This document shows positions 51,966 through 62,512 of a stretch of 64,000 bases of DNA, in pieces (the first letter of the stretch is position 1; every line of letters begins with the position of its first letter). The notes under the pieces were generated by a model. The model was not told the origin of the DNA and did no database searches. It was given only the letters and a program-made list of their open reading frames with translations. Source of the stretch: Desulfomicrobium sp. GTDB lineage: Bacteria; Desulfobacterota; Desulfovibrionia; Desulfovibrionales; Desulfomicrobiaceae. The stretch covers positions 480,001 to 544,000 of the forward strand of contig JAXGMI010000001.1 of the NCBI GenBank assembly GCA_040768745.1, given 5' to 3'. Position numbers and translations under genes: made by a program.

Positions 51966-52379
51966 ATGATGGTTGGTGTGATCGTGGTGACTCATGGCCA
52001 GTTCGGCAAACATTTGCTGGAAGCGGCGCAGATCATTCTGGGCCCGCAGGAGCAATGCGCCCATATCGCCGTGGAGGGCACCGTGGAAATGAGCGGACTT
52101 CTTGCAGACTTGAAAAACACAGTCAAACGCATGGAGACCGGCGAAGGCGTGCTCATCCTGACCGACATGTTCGGCGGCACCCCTTCCAACATCAGTCTTT
52201 CCCTTCTGCAACCCGGCAAAGTTGACGTCCTGACCGGGGCCAACCTGCCCATGTTGCTCCGCATCCTGGGTTCGCGCAACAAAAGCCTGAATGAACTGGC
52301 CCAGGAAGCCAAAAACGCAGCCATCCAGGGCATTGTCGTGGCGGGCGAGGTTCTGTCCCGGAAAATAACCGAGGTCTGA
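51966..52379 (+). CDS. PTS mannose-type IIA component
   Basis: VVTHGQ, LTDMFGGTPSN, TGANLPML. Confidence 0.92.
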   Translation: MMVGVIVVTHGQFGKHLLEAAQIILGPQEQCAHIAVEGTVEMSGLLADLKNTVKRMETGEGVLILTDMFGGTPSNISLSLLQPGKVDVLTGANLPMLLRILGSRNKSLNELAQEAKNAAIQGIVVAGEVLSRKITEV

Positions 52380-52383
52380 AGCC

Positions 52384-52848
52384 GTGCAATGGTTCCGCAT
52401 TGACAACCGCCTGGTTCATGGCCAGGTCATTGAGGCATGGCTTCCCCATGTCCGGGCCAAGACTTTGGTTGTGGCCAACGACGATCTCGCTGCAGATGAA
52501 CTGCGCCAGGAAATCATGAGCTTGGCTGTGCCCAGCGGCGTCACATTCCTGTGCTGTCCCCTGCAAAACGTCGCCGCGGAGCTTGAACGCCTGCAGACGG
52601 AAGACCCTGGCCAGCACATGCTCGTCCTTTTCGCCACCTGCGCAGACGCCCGCGCAGCCCACCACGCAGGTGTGGCTTTTTCCGTGGTCAACATCGGCAA
52701 TTTGCACTATGGTCCTGGCAAGGAGCAGATTTGCGAATACATCGCCCTGGGCCCAGACGATCGGGCCTGTCTCAAGTATTTCAGCGACCACGGGGTTGAA
52801 CTCGATTTTCGCTGCGTCCCCTCGGCCACGGCCAGGATACATCTATGA
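52384..52848 (+). CDS. PTS mannose/sorbose-type IIB component
   Basis: RIDNRLVHGQV, VNIGNLH. Confidence 0.9.
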   Translation: MQWFRIDNRLVHGQVIEAWLPHVRAKTLVVANDDLAADELRQEIMSLAVPSGVTFLCCPLQNVAAELERLQTEDPGQHMLVLFATCADARAAHHAGVAFSVVNIGNLHYGPGKEQICEYIALGPDDRACLKYFSDHGVELDFRCVPSATARIHL

Positions 52849-52873
52849 TCAATCACCAGAGCGTTTCCCGTCC

Positions 52874-53553
52874 ATGATCACATTCACTGACCTTTTGCTC
52901 CTGACCGGGGGCGGTTTTTTTTTGCCCTGTTCTCCCTGACCCGGACTGCCCTGAACATCGGGTTCATCCAGCGCCCTTTTTTCGCTTCCCTCATTTGGGC
53001 ATTGCTCAGCTTCAACCTGCACCCGGCAGTCAGCGTCGGTATTTTCTTCGAACTCCTCTGGCTTGATCTTTTTCCGGCCGGGACCTTCATCCCGCCACAA
53101 TCCCTGCTGACCTTGAGTGCGACCCTGACCCTGCTGGCCTGCCTGCCTGGGGCGGATATGCGTCTGACCAGCATCATTCTTGTCGGCACCCTGCCGCTGG
53201 CCTATATCGGAGCATGGGTCGAGCAAAGCTACCGCAAAAGGCAGAATCTCAGCTACAATGCCCTTCTCAGCTGGAACCGCCGACACCCCGGCCATGCCTA
53301 CAGGCCCGAAACGTTGACCATCAGGGCGGTCGTGGAGCAGTCAATCCTCCATTTCGGCCTCTTCCTGCTCTGCGTCACCCCCCTGCTGCCCCTCTTGCGG
53401 TTAGCCCAGCCCTGGCTTGGAAGCAGTCCCCAGCCCACTTGGCCCATGCTCTGGATCCTGGCCTGCTGCGGAGCGATTCTGTCTCTGCGCATACGCAAAG
53501 CTTACGCCTGCGCCGCTGTCACCTTCGTCCTCGGGGTCTTCGCAACCTTGTGA
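52874..53553 (+). CDS. PTS mannose-type IIC-like membrane protein; needs a -1 shift at the T9 tract 52915-52923
   Basis: Downstream frame IQRP...GIFFELLWLDLFPAGTFIPP is IIC-like; upstream ATG frame stops at 52939. Confidence 0.7.
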
Positions 53554-53643
53554 CGCCCCAAGTTAGGACTTGGCAACCGCGAATAATTGTGATATTTGGC
53601 ACAAACTATTTGTTCGCCAACAAACCCTTGTAGGAGGAATACC

Positions 53644-54564
53644 ATGTCCGTTTTTGTTTTCGGTCACAAGAATCCCGATTCCGACACCATTTGCAGCGCC
53701 ATTGCCCTGGCTGACCTGAAAAGCAAGCTGGGTGTCGCCTGCACCCCGGCCGCTCAGGGCGAACTGCCCCCCGAGACCAAGTTCATCTTGCAGAAGTTCG
53801 GCGTTGCCGCTCCGGCCGTCAAAACGTCCTATGCCGGTGAAAAAGTCTTCCTGGTCGATACCTCCGACCTGGCTCAGCTGCCCGAAGACATCAAGCAGGC
53901 TGAAGTGCTCGGTATCGTCGACCACCACAAACTGGGCGACCTAACCACCTCCAGCCCTCTGGAATGCTGGATCTGGCCTGTGGGCTGCACCGCCACCGTG
54001 CTCAACGCCATGTACAAATACTTCGGCATCGAGATTCCCAAGAACATCGCCGGCATCATGCTGTGCGCCATCCTGAGCGACACGGTCATCTTCAAGTCCC
54101 CGACCTGCACCCCGGCCGACAAGGAAGCCGCCGCCGAGCTGGCCAAGATCGCCGGAGTATCCGACCTGGCCGCCCTGGGTATGGAAATGTTCAAGGTCAA
54201 GTCCGCCGTTGAAGGCACCCCGGCCCGCGAGCTGGTCCTGCGCGACTACAAGGACTTCAACATGAACGGCACCAAGGTCGGCATCGGCCAGCTGGAAGTC
54301 GTCGATCTGTCCATCCTCGACGCCGTCAAGGCCGACCTGGCCGCCGACATCGTCAAGCTGAAGGCCGAGAAGGGCAACCACTCCATCTTCCTGCTGCTGA
54401 CCGACATTATGAAGGAAGGCTCCGAGATCCTGATCGCCTCCGACGACCCCTCCGTGGTCGAGAAAGCGTTCAGCGTCAAACCCGTCGACGGGAAGGCTTG
54501 GCTGCCCAAGGTCATGTCCCGCAAAAAGGACGTCGTGCCCAAGTTCGAGAAGGTTTTCGCCTAA
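53644..54564 (+). CDS. ppaC: Mn-dependent inorganic pyrophosphatase (family II)
   Basis: FGHKNPDSDTICS, VDHH, AILSDT, MSRKK. Confidence 0.96.
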   Translation: MSVFVFGHKNPDSDTICSAIALADLKSKLGVACTPAAQGELPPETKFILQKFGVAAPAVKTSYAGEKVFLVDTSDLAQLPEDIKQAEVLGIVDHHKLGDLTTSSPLECWIWPVGCTATVLNAMYKYFGIEIPKNIAGIMLCAILSDTVIFKSPTCTPADKEAAAELAKIAGVSDLAALGMEMFKVKSAVEGTPARELVLRDYKDFNMNGTKVGIGQLEVVDLSILDAVKADLAADIVKLKAEKGNHSIFLLLTDIMKEGSEILIASDDPSVVEKAFSVKPVDGKAWLPKVMSRKKDVVPKFEKVFA

Positions 54565-54587
54565 GCCGCGACTTCCCCAGTAACGAC

Positions 54588-54621
54588 AAAGCCCGTCCAG
54601 GTTCGCCTAGGCGGGCTTTTT
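54588..54621 (+). terminator. Rho-independent terminator
   Basis: AAAGCCCGTC...GGCGGGCTTTTT. Confidence 0.75.
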
Positions 54622-54845
54622 GTGTTCTGGCTTCATCCAGGGTTGGCCAAACCGGATCGACATCTGAACGTGGAATGGCCTCAAGATAGACACGATACGT
54701 TTTCGAGGAAAGTTAAAATCAAGCGTTAGAGGCTGAAACGTCCATGTTATTCAAAAAAACAAAGGTATTGCGTTGACATATTGAGATTTGAGGCGGCAAT
54801 CAAGGCTCATCCGTGCTGACACGTGCTTCAACATTGAGCTGCATT

Positions 54846-55376
54846 ATGAAAGATGACAAAGCAGGCACGAGTTTTCGGCTGGCCCCGATGTCTCCGCTGA
54901 GTCGGACATGCACGCTGTTTCTTCTGGCGCTGCCACCCACATTCCTCATTGCCGCGCTCTACCTGACAAGTGTCCTCACCGAACTCACCCTAATCACCCT
55001 GCTCTTCACCGCCACATACATTTGGATTTGGCTCTGGTTCCGCCCCACCCGGTTCATCGTCCATCGCGGAGGGATCGAGGTGTGCTGGCCCCTCAAACGC
55101 CGTGAGATCGCCCAGGAGGACATTTCGAATGTGCGGTTGATGGACGTACAGCAGCTGAAAAGGGAAATCGGCTGGGGCGTGCGAATCGGTGCCGGTGGAC
55201 TTTGGGGCGGCTTCGGTTGGCTGTGGACAAAGCGGCGGGGAGTCGTTCAAATGTATGTCTCGCGTACAGACGGGTACGTGTGGCTCGACTGCACTGGCAA
55301 ACGGCCGTGGCTCATTACCCCGGAACAGCCAGAAACGTTCGTGCGCGCGTTGTCGCGTTTGTACCCGTTGGAATGA
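54846..55376 (+). CDS. Membrane protein with bacterial PH-like domain
   Basis: Two TM segments, RIGAGGLWGGFG, LITPEQPETFV. Confidence 0.7.
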   Translation: MKDDKAGTSFRLAPMSPLSRTCTLFLLALPPTFLIAALYLTSVLTELTLITLLFTATYIWIWLWFRPTRFIVHRGGIEVCWPLKRREIAQEDISNVRLMDVQQLKREIGWGVRIGAGGLWGGFGWLWTKRRGVVQMYVSRTDGYVWLDCTGKRPWLITPEQPETFVRALSRLYPLE

Positions 55377-55531
55377 GCGCCCGAGCTGTTGGACCAGCAG
55401 GTTGCGTCCAGCAACACGTGCGACGGATGCGGCTGGGACCCGCCGCAAAAGGCGGTCCTGAGCTGCAGGGGAGAGGGAAAGAGATTATTTATCGGAATTA
55501 CAGGGAAGTTTCCAGAAGTGACATGCACAGG

Positions 55532-56020
55532 TCATGAGCCTGTCTGCTGAGCCGTGGTCTTGACCGAGCCTCCGACCTCCTGCCGCAGGGCATCGACCTT
55601 GCCACGCAGGTAGGCGGCCACCAGATCACCCATGTCCTCGCTGCCCGAATACCTGCCCGCGTATTCCCGCAGATCCTCCTCTGCCTCCTTCTCCATGCGC
55701 TCGGACTCCATGAACATGAGGAAAACCAGCCCCAGGGCAGCGTTGTTCTCCACGCTGCCGTCGCAGAGATGCTGCAGCTGTTCGCCGGGCACGGTCTCGA
55801 ACAGCCGGTCCGCGAACTGGCCGATCCACTTGGCATACAGGTCTGGCATGAGGTCCGGGATGAGTTCGGCCAGGCGCCGGGCGGCATCCTCCGGCACGTT
55901 GGGCATGGTCACCAGCAGGTATTCGGTCAGGGCCTCCTGGCGGCGCTCCCTGCTGTTCGAGAATTTGTCCAGGATGACGAGATAGATATGGGCCCGCAGC
56001 TGGGCCTGGGTCAGGGGCAT
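55532..56020 (-). CDS. Hypothetical protein
   Basis: GGAG RBS before MPLTQAQ; host-like codon usage. Confidence 0.75.
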   Translation of the reverse strand: MPLTQAQLRAHIYLVILDKFSNSRERRQEALTEYLLVTMPNVPEDAARRLAELIPDLMPDLYAKWIGQFADRLFETVPGEQLQHLCDGSVENNAALGLVFLMFMESERMEKEAEEDLREYAGRYSGSEDMGDLVAAYLRGKVDALRQEVGGSVKTTAQQTGS

Positions 56021-56054
56021 ACGTTCTCCGTGATACCGCTTTGCCGAAACCGCC

Positions 56055-56588
56055 CTAGACCCCGAACGGGCAGAGGCAGCGAGGGTTTTCAACCACTGCG
56101 GCCATGACGATGCGGGCGCAGGCCTCGGCATCGGACGCGGCATTGTGATGATTCAGTTCAAGACCGAGATAGCGGCAGACGTCGGGGAGCTTGGTCGGCC
56201 GCAGTCCCCACTGGTTGCGGGCCAGGTCCACAGTGCAGACGAAGGGCAGGCGTGGCGCGGGCAGACTGGCCATGGCGCAGCAGGCCCCGAGCACCGCGCG
56301 GTCGAAACGCGCGTTATGGGCGGCCAGGAAATCCGCACCCTCCAGGAACTGGGCGTTGTCGATCCAGAAGTCCTTGAAGCCCGGGCAATCCTTGACGTCG
56401 GACCAGCGGATGCCGTGCACGCCGACGCAAAATGGCGAAAATCGGGAACGCGGCGGACGGATCAGGGCGTAGAGTCTGTCGACGATGGACCCGTCACGGA
56501 CCTTGGCCAGGCCCACGGCGCAGGCGCTGTCCCGCTGGGCGTCCGCGGTCTCGAAATCGATGGCAACGTAGGTCTTGGGAAACGCCAT
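56055..56588 (-). CDS. DEDDh 3'-5' exonuclease (DnaQ-like)
   Basis: VAIDFETA, AHNARFD, HHNAASDAEAC. Confidence 0.9.
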   Translation of the reverse strand: MAFPKTYVAIDFETADAQRDSACAVGLAKVRDGSIVDRLYALIRPPRSRFSPFCVGVHGIRWSDVKDCPGFKDFWIDNAQFLEGADFLAAHNARFDRAVLGACCAMASLPAPRLPFVCTVDLARNQWGLRPTKLPDVCRYLGLELNHHNAASDAEACARIVMAAVVENPRCLCPFGV

Positions 56589-56589
56589 T

Positions 56590-57597
56590 TCAGCAGATGC
56601 GCGGCAGTTGTTCGCCTTCGAGCATGTCCATGAGCCTGGTGCCCCCAAGCGGCGTCTCCAGCACGACCTTGCCGGGGTGTCCGGCCCGCACCTCCCCGAT
56701 GCGGGCCGCGTCGCGGCCCAGGGGGTCGGCCTGCATGATATCCAGGGCCTGTCTGGCATGTTCTGCGGGCAGAATGCACAAAAACTTGCCCTCGTTGGCC
56801 AGGTACAGGGGATCCAGCCCCAGAAAGGAGCACCCGCCGCTGACCTCGGGCCGGACCGGCACGCGGTCCTCGAAGATCCGGCACTCCACGCCGGACTGTC
56901 CGGCGATCTCGTTCAGGGTCGTGGCCAGACCGCCGCGGGTCGGGTCACGCAGAACATGCACCTCGGGAACCGCCTCCAACAGCCGGACCACGAGATGATT
57001 CAGCGAGGCGCAGTCCGAAAGCACCGGCGCATCGAAGTTCAGCCCTTCACGCCGGGACAGGATGGCCAGGCCATGGTCCCCCACGAATCCGCTGACCAGA
57101 ATGACGTCGCCAGGCCTGGCCCGATGCCCGCTGGGCGCCACAGGCACGAAAATCTCGCCGATCCCGGTGGTGTTGATGAAGATCTTGTCCACCATCCCTC
57201 TGGGCACGACCTTGGTGTCGCCCGTGACGACCAGCACCCCGGCCTCGCGGGCGGCCCGTCCCATGGACTGGACGATGCGTTCCAGGTCAGCCATGGGCAG
57301 GCCCTCTTCGAGGATGAACCCGCAGGTCAGATAGCGGGGCCGGGCCCCGAGCATGGCCACGTCGTTGACGGTGCCGTGCACGGCCAGAGCTCCGATGTCG
57401 CCTCCGGGAAAAAAGATGGGGTCAACGGTAAAGGAGTCGGTGCTGACGGAGATGGGGCCGGAGATGTTCAGGACAGCCGCATCATCCAGGCGGTTCAGGA
57501 CCTCGTTGCCCAGGTGCCTGACGAACAGTTCCCCGATGAGCCTGTGCGAAGCCTTGCCGCCGCTGCCGTAGTCAAGAAGAACCCTTTCCACACGCAT
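56590..57597 (-). CDS. hypE: Hydrogenase maturation protein HypE
   Basis: GSGGKA, STDSFTVDPIFFPGGDIG, RDPTRGG, C-terminal QLPRIC. Confidence 0.97.
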   Translation of the reverse strand: MRVERVLLDYGSGGKASHRLIGELFVRHLGNEVLNRLDDAAVLNISGPISVSTDSFTVDPIFFPGGDIGALAVHGTVNDVAMLGARPRYLTCGFILEEGLPMADLERIVQSMGRAAREAGVLVVTGDTKVVPRGMVDKIFINTTGIGEIFVPVAPSGHRARPGDVILVSGFVGDHGLAILSRREGLNFDAPVLSDCASLNHLVVRLLEAVPEVHVLRDPTRGGLATTLNEIAGQSGVECRIFEDRVPVRPEVSGGCSFLGLDPLYLANEGKFLCILPAEHARQALDIMQADPLGRDAARIGEVRAGHPGKVVLETPLGGTRLMDMLEGEQLPRIC

Positions 57598-57647
57598 CCC
57601 CTTTGAAGTGCTGAAGATCGTCCTGGCCGCGAAGCATTCAGGGCCGC

Positions 57648-58730
57648 CTAGACATGGTATTTATAGTATGCGGCGCAAGACCCCTCGGTGGAAACCATGC
57701 ACGGTCCCACCGGCGCGGCCGGCGTGCAGGCCTTGCCGAAAAGGGGGCATTTGTTCGGAGAGAGTTTGCCCTTGAGCACGTCGCCGCATCGACAGCCCTT
57801 GATGGCAGGCACATCGCGCAACGTGAGACCGAAGACGCGCATGGCGTCAAAGGCTGCGAACTCCTCTCGCACGGCCAGACCGCTGTTCGGAATCATGCCG
57901 ATGCCCCGCCACAGGGCGTCGCAGGGGGCAAAAACCTCGTCCATGACAGACATGGCCTTGGGGTTGCCGGTGTCTGACACCACCCGGGTATACGCGTTGA
58001 CCACGTCAACACACCCCTGCTTGCGCATGGTCACGAAAAGGTGCAGGGCCTGCAGAATATCCACAGGCTCGAATCCCGCGATGACCGCAGGGAGCCCGTG
58101 CTTCCGGGCCAGAAAGCGATACGGCTCCACGCCGATGATGGCAGAGACGTGCCCGGGCAGGAGGAACGCCTGGACCCGCAACTCAGGATCGCCCACCAAT
58201 GCCTCCAGGGCCGGCGGGACCAGCTTGTGGAAGCAGAGCACGGAGAAATTGGTCACCCCCTCCTCGCGGGCGGCTTTGACCGTCGCGGCGATGGCCGGGG
58301 CAGTTGTCTCGAAACCCACGCCCAGGAACACGACCTTGTCGCCAGGATTGTCCTGGGCGATCTTCAAGGCATCGAACGGGGAATAGACGACCTTGACACG
58401 GGCCCCTTCGGCCTGGGCCCCCTTCAGGGTCTTCCTGTCCGGACCAGGCACGCGCATCAGGTCCCCGAATGTGGTGATGACCGCGTCCCTGCCGGCCAGG
58501 TCCAGAAACGCGGCCACCTCGCTGTCATGGGTCACGCAGACCGGGCAGCCGGGCCCTGAAAGGTGCACGACCTTGTCGGACAGCAGAGAGCGCACCCCGC
58601 TGCGGAAAATGGAGACCGTATGCGTTCCGCATACCTCCATGAAGCGGAGCTCCCCGTCCAGTTCGGAATGAATCCGTTCCAGCAACGCCTTGCACAGCTG
58701 GGGATCCTTGAAATTGTCAAGTAAGCGCAA
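57648..58730 (-). CDS. hypD: Hydrogenase maturation protein HypD
   Basis: MEVCGTH, GPGCPVC, GFETT, PGHVS, CMVSTEGSC. Confidence 0.97.
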   Translation of the reverse strand: MRLLDNFKDPQLCKALLERIHSELDGELRFMEVCGTHTVSIFRSGVRSLLSDKVVHLSGPGCPVCVTHDSEVAAFLDLAGRDAVITTFGDLMRVPGPDRKTLKGAQAEGARVKVVYSPFDALKIAQDNPGDKVVFLGVGFETTAPAIAATVKAAREEGVTNFSVLCFHKLVPPALEALVGDPELRVQAFLLPGHVSAIIGVEPYRFLARKHGLPAVIAGFEPVDILQALHLFVTMRKQGCVDVVNAYTRVVSDTGNPKAMSVMDEVFAPCDALWRGIGMIPNSGLAVREEFAAFDAMRVFGLTLRDVPAIKGCRCGDVLKGKLSPNKCPLFGKACTPAAPVGPCMVSTEGSCAAYYKYHV

Positions 58731-58944
58731 TGTTCAGTCCTTCCTCGAAAAGTTTCAGCGTTGCGATGGCCTCCTCCCGGTCCAGACGGGTCAGGGCGAA
58801 TCCAGCGTGGACAATGACGAAGTCTCCCACCTCCAGAGTCTCTGGCAACACATCCAGCCGCACGTTCTGATACGTGCCCGCAATCTGCACTTCAGCTGTT
58901 TTTCCATCAATTTTGACAACTTCCATTGGAACGGCCAAGCACAT
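58717..58944 (-). CDS. hypC: Hydrogenase chaperone HypC
   Basis: MCLAVP, VGDFVIVHAGFA. Confidence 0.96.
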   Translation of the reverse strand: MCLAVPMEVVKIDGKTAEVQIAGTYQNVRLDVLPETLEVGDFVIVHAGFALTRLDREEAIATLKLFEEGLNIALT

Positions 58945-59032
58945 GAGCCAAATCTCCCGCTTTGCTTTTTGTCACCGCTGTTGCTAAATCCCTGTCTGTT
59001 CCGTGTCAATGAACTCTTCCCGAGCCAGAACT

Positions 59033-59662
59033 ATGACCCAGCAGGAAATCCCCCTCTCCCCCATTGCCACTGGCTTATCCGGCTCCATCCCCACCGATGC
59101 GCTCTGCCGGACATGGTGGGAACAGTGCGACATGCTCGACAATATCAAACAGCATAGCCAGCTGGTGGCCGAGGTGGCCACGACACTGGCCATGCTGGCC
59201 GTGGAATGTGGCCGGGGAAACACAACGGACCTGCCCGGCGCGGACTTCGTGCAGGCCGTGCGCGCTGCCGGACTCCTGCACGACCTGGGCAAGACCTACA
59301 CCATTGTCCACGGCGGCAACCACAGCCAGATTGGCGCGGCCTGGACCATGGAGCTGACCAGGAATCCGGCCATCGCCCAGGGCGTCATGCACCACGTGTA
59401 CTGGCCAGGGCAGCTGGATCTCAACATGCATTTTCTGCCTTTGGCCATCATCTACGCGGACAAAAGGGTCAGACACGACGCCCTGGTCTGCGTTGAGGAA
59501 CGTTTTGCGGACCTGATGGATCGATACGGCACCAACGAGCGCAGCCGGGGCTGGATCGAGCGGTCCAGACGCCAGAACATTGAACTCGAGCACCTTTTGA
59601 GCATCTTTTTGGAGGAAGACATCCATGCATATCCTTTTGATCGCCGGCGGCTGGTCGGGTGA
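59033..59662 (+). CDS. HD-domain protein
   Basis: HSQLVA, LLHDLGK, YADKRV. Confidence 0.85.
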   Translation: MTQQEIPLSPIATGLSGSIPTDALCRTWWEQCDMLDNIKQHSQLVAEVATTLAMLAVECGRGNTTDLPGADFVQAVRAAGLLHDLGKTYTIVHGGNHSQIGAAWTMELTRNPAIAQGVMHHVYWPGQLDLNMHFLPLAIIYADKRVRHDALVCVEERFADLMDRYGTNERSRGWIERSRRQNIELEHLLSIFLEEDIHAYPFDRRRLVG

Positions 59663-60533
59663 ACGCGAAGTCGCCCTGAGCGGGGCCAGGCAAATAGAAA
59701 AAGGCTTGCAGGCTCTGGGCCACACCGTCACCCTGTTCGATCCCGCCAGGGATCTGCGTGGTCTCCCTGCCGCGGCCCAAGGCAAAGATTTCGCCTTCAT
59801 CAACCTGCATGGCTCTCCCGGGGAGGATGGGCTGGTCCAGTGTCTTCTGGAACGCATGGGCCTGCCCTTTCAGGGCTCGGATTCCCGGTCTTCACTCTTG
59901 GCCCTGAACAAGGCCGTGTCCAAACAGATTTTCGAGGCCGCCGGGCTGGCCACGCCAGCCTGGGAATTCGTGCCCGCCAGTCATGTGGCCGAATGGCGCC
60001 CTCTGCTGCCCTTTCCGCTGGTGGTCAAGCCGAACACGGGCGGGTCGAGCCTTGGCGTGGGTGTGATCAGATCCGAAGAGGAACTGGAAGCCTATCTTCT
60101 GCAGCCGGAAATCGCAGGCCAGGACCTGCTGGCCGAAACCCTGATCCACGGCCAGGAATTGACCTGCGGGGTGCTGGAGGGCGAAACCCTGCCCCCCATC
60201 CTCATCCGCCCCAAGCATGGAAAATTCTTCGATTATGAAAGCAAATATGTCGCCGGAGCGTCGGAAGAAGTCTGTCCCGCTCCCATTTCCCCGGAGTTGA
60301 CCGCCACCCTTCAGCGTATGGCCCGCATTGCCCACGATGCGCTGGAACTGAGCGATTACAGCCGGGCTGACTTCATCGTCACGGACAAAGACGTGCCGTA
60401 CATCCTGGAGGTCAACACCCTGCCCGGCATGACCGCCACCAGCTTGCTGCCGCAGGAGGCCCAGGCCGTGGGCCTGCCTTTTGAGCAACTCCTGGCTCGG
60501 CTCATCGGACTGGGCCTGCGCAAGAAATCCTGA
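59625..60533 (+). CDS. ddl: D-alanine-D-alanine ligase
   Basis: GGWSGEREVAL, LHGSPGEDG, GSSLGV, FDYESKY, LEVNTLPGMT. Confidence 0.96.
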   Translation: MHILLIAGGWSGEREVALSGARQIEKGLQALGHTVTLFDPARDLRGLPAAAQGKDFAFINLHGSPGEDGLVQCLLERMGLPFQGSDSRSSLLALNKAVSKQIFEAAGLATPAWEFVPASHVAEWRPLLPFPLVVKPNTGGSSLGVGVIRSEEELEAYLLQPEIAGQDLLAETLIHGQELTCGVLEGETLPPILIRPKHGKFFDYESKYVAGASEEVCPAPISPELTATLQRMARIAHDALELSDYSRADFIVTDKDVPYILEVNTLPGMTATSLLPQEAQAVGLPFEQLLARLIGLGLRKKS

Positions 60534-61786
60534 TGCCTCGCCTTCACCCGGGGCTGCGGCTGGGGTTCAACCTCCTGTACACCCTGCTCTGGTGCATGGC
60601 TGGCCCGGCGCTTTTCCTTTGGACCCGCATGCGCCTGGGATGGAAGGAGCGCCTTGGATTGAACCTCCCCGGACCAGCCGAAATCTGGGTCCAAGGGGCC
60701 TCAGCAGGGGAATGCGCCCTGGTGGACAGCCTGGTCCGCCATCTGCCGGACTGCTCCATCCTGGCCACGACATGCACGGCGCAGGGGAGGGAGGTTCTCG
60801 AAAGAATCCAGGACAAGCAGGGGCTTGCCATCCGCATGTTCCCCCTTGACCTCCCTCTGCTCCAGCGCCGGATGCTGGAATGCGTTCGACCCCGGGTGGT
60901 CATCCTGCTTGAAACCGAGATCTGGCCTGGCTTGCTCCTCTCCTGCGCGGCCCTGGCTATCCCTGTCGTGTTCATCAACGCCCGCATGAGCAGCGCATCC
61001 CTGGCCGGGTACCTCTGGCTCCGCCCCCTTCTGGCGGCCTGCGCGCCGGCGGCCATCGGCGCCATTTCCCCGGCGGACGCCCTCCGCTTCAGGCTGGTTT
61101 TCGGCCCAGTCCAGACCCGCGTCACGGGCAACATCAAATTCGACCGGGCCCTGGGCACACCCTTTTTGGACCGGAAGGACAACCCCCTGGCCGCCCTGAT
61201 CCCGCAGGATGCCCCTTTTTTGGTCCTCGGATCGGTGCGCCAGGAAGAGGAATCCATGGTCCTCACCCTGCTCCAGTCCCTCCTGACCGAGCAGCCGGAC
61301 TGTGTCGTCGGGATCTTTCCCCGACACATGAGCCGCATACAGGCCTGGGCGGACCGTCTTGCCATGGCTCGGATTCCCTCTGTGTTGCGCAGTGAACTCG
61401 GCACTGCGGCCACACCCGGCAGCGTGGTCCTGTGGGACAGGTTCGGGGAACTGGGGATGGTTTACGGGCTGGCCAGCCGCGCCTTTGTTGGCGGGAGCCT
61501 GGCCAGGCTTGGAGGTCAGAACTTCCTGGAACCCCTGGCCCAGGGGGTCCTCCCTGTCGTGGGGCCCCATACACGCAATTTCGATTGGGTCGGGGACGGC
61601 ATATTCGAAAACCTGGTGTTCAGAAACGCCGACATCTCCAAACTGGCCAAGGAACTTGTCAAGCCAGCGCCCAGCCGACCAGCGGTGCGGGACAGGGCCC
61701 TCGCCTACATCCGCTCCCGGCAGGGGGCCACGGCCGCGTCCGCAGCTCTGATTATTCACCATTTTCCCCGGAGTTCCCATGCCTGA
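60533..61786 (+). CDS. waaA: KDO transferase
   Basis: WVQGASAGE, LETEIWPG, INARMS, TGNIKFD, GGQNFLEP. Confidence 0.92.
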   Translation: MPRLHPGLRLGFNLLYTLLWCMAGPALFLWTRMRLGWKERLGLNLPGPAEIWVQGASAGECALVDSLVRHLPDCSILATTCTAQGREVLERIQDKQGLAIRMFPLDLPLLQRRMLECVRPRVVILLETEIWPGLLLSCAALAIPVVFINARMSSASLAGYLWLRPLLAACAPAAIGAISPADALRFRLVFGPVQTRVTGNIKFDRALGTPFLDRKDNPLAALIPQDAPFLVLGSVRQEEESMVLTLLQSLLTEQPDCVVGIFPRHMSRIQAWADRLAMARIPSVLRSELGTAATPGSVVLWDRFGELGMVYGLASRAFVGGSLARLGGQNFLEPLAQGVLPVVGPHTRNFDWVGDGIFENLVFRNADISKLAKELVKPAPSRPAVRDRALAYIRSRQGATAASAALIIHHFPRSSHA

Positions 61787-62498
61787 CGTCATCGCCATCA
61801 TTCCGGCCAGATATGAAAGCTCGCGATTTCCAGGCAAACCCCTGGCCCTCATCCACGGCAAGCCCATGTTCTGGCACGTCATGCACCGCGCCTCCCTCTG
61901 CCCTCAGGTCCAGTCTGTTGTCCTGGCCACGGATGACGAACGCATCCTGAACGCGGCCCAGGAGCTGGCCATGCCCGCGCTGATGACGAGCCCATACCAC
62001 GCCAGCGGCACGGACCGGGTGCTGGAAGCCGCGCGCAAGTTGCAGGCCGGTCCTGACAGTGTCATCCTCAATGTGCAGGGTGACGAACCGGCCCTCAATC
62101 CCGAAATGCTTTCCGAACTGATCCTCCCCTTCAGGGACCCGGCCACGCAGGTCACCACCCTGGGACACCCCATTTCAGCAGAGGAAGCATTGCACCCGGA
62201 CCGGGTCAAGATCGTCCGCGCGGCCAGCGGCTTGGCCCTCTATTTTTCCCGTGCCCCCGTACCCTATGGACGTGACGACCAGCCCAATTTTCTGGGGCAC
62301 ATCGGCATCTACGGACTACGCATGCGCGTTCTTGAAAAATTCAACGCTTTGGGAGAAAGTCCCCTTGAGCGGTTGGAAAAACTGGAGCAGTTGCGCCTGC
62401 TGGAAGCCGGAGTGCCCGTCCACGTGGTCACCACCCGGCACAAGAGCCACGGCGTGGACCGCCCTGAAGACCTGGAAACAGTCATCGCATTGATGTGA
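61779..62498 (+). CDS. kdsB: CMP-KDO synthetase
   Basis: [38 protein letters not shown]. Confidence 0.96.
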   Translation: MPDVIAIIPARYESSRFPGKPLALIHGKPMFWHVMHRASLCPQVQSVVLATDDERILNAAQELAMPALMTSPYHASGTDRVLEAARKLQAGPDSVILNVQGDEPALNPEMLSELILPFRDPATQVTTLGHPISAEEALHPDRVKIVRAASGLALYFSRAPVPYGRDDQPNFLGHIGIYGLRMRVLEKFNALGESPLERLEKLEQLRLLEAGVPVHVVTTRHKSHGVDRPEDLETVIALM

Positions 62499-62512
62499 GG
62501 AGATCAGCATAT

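Noticed and set aside
53597..53615. Sigma-54 promoter before ppaC (TTGGCAC...)
   Set aside because: The -12 GC is not at the required spacing from the -24 GG
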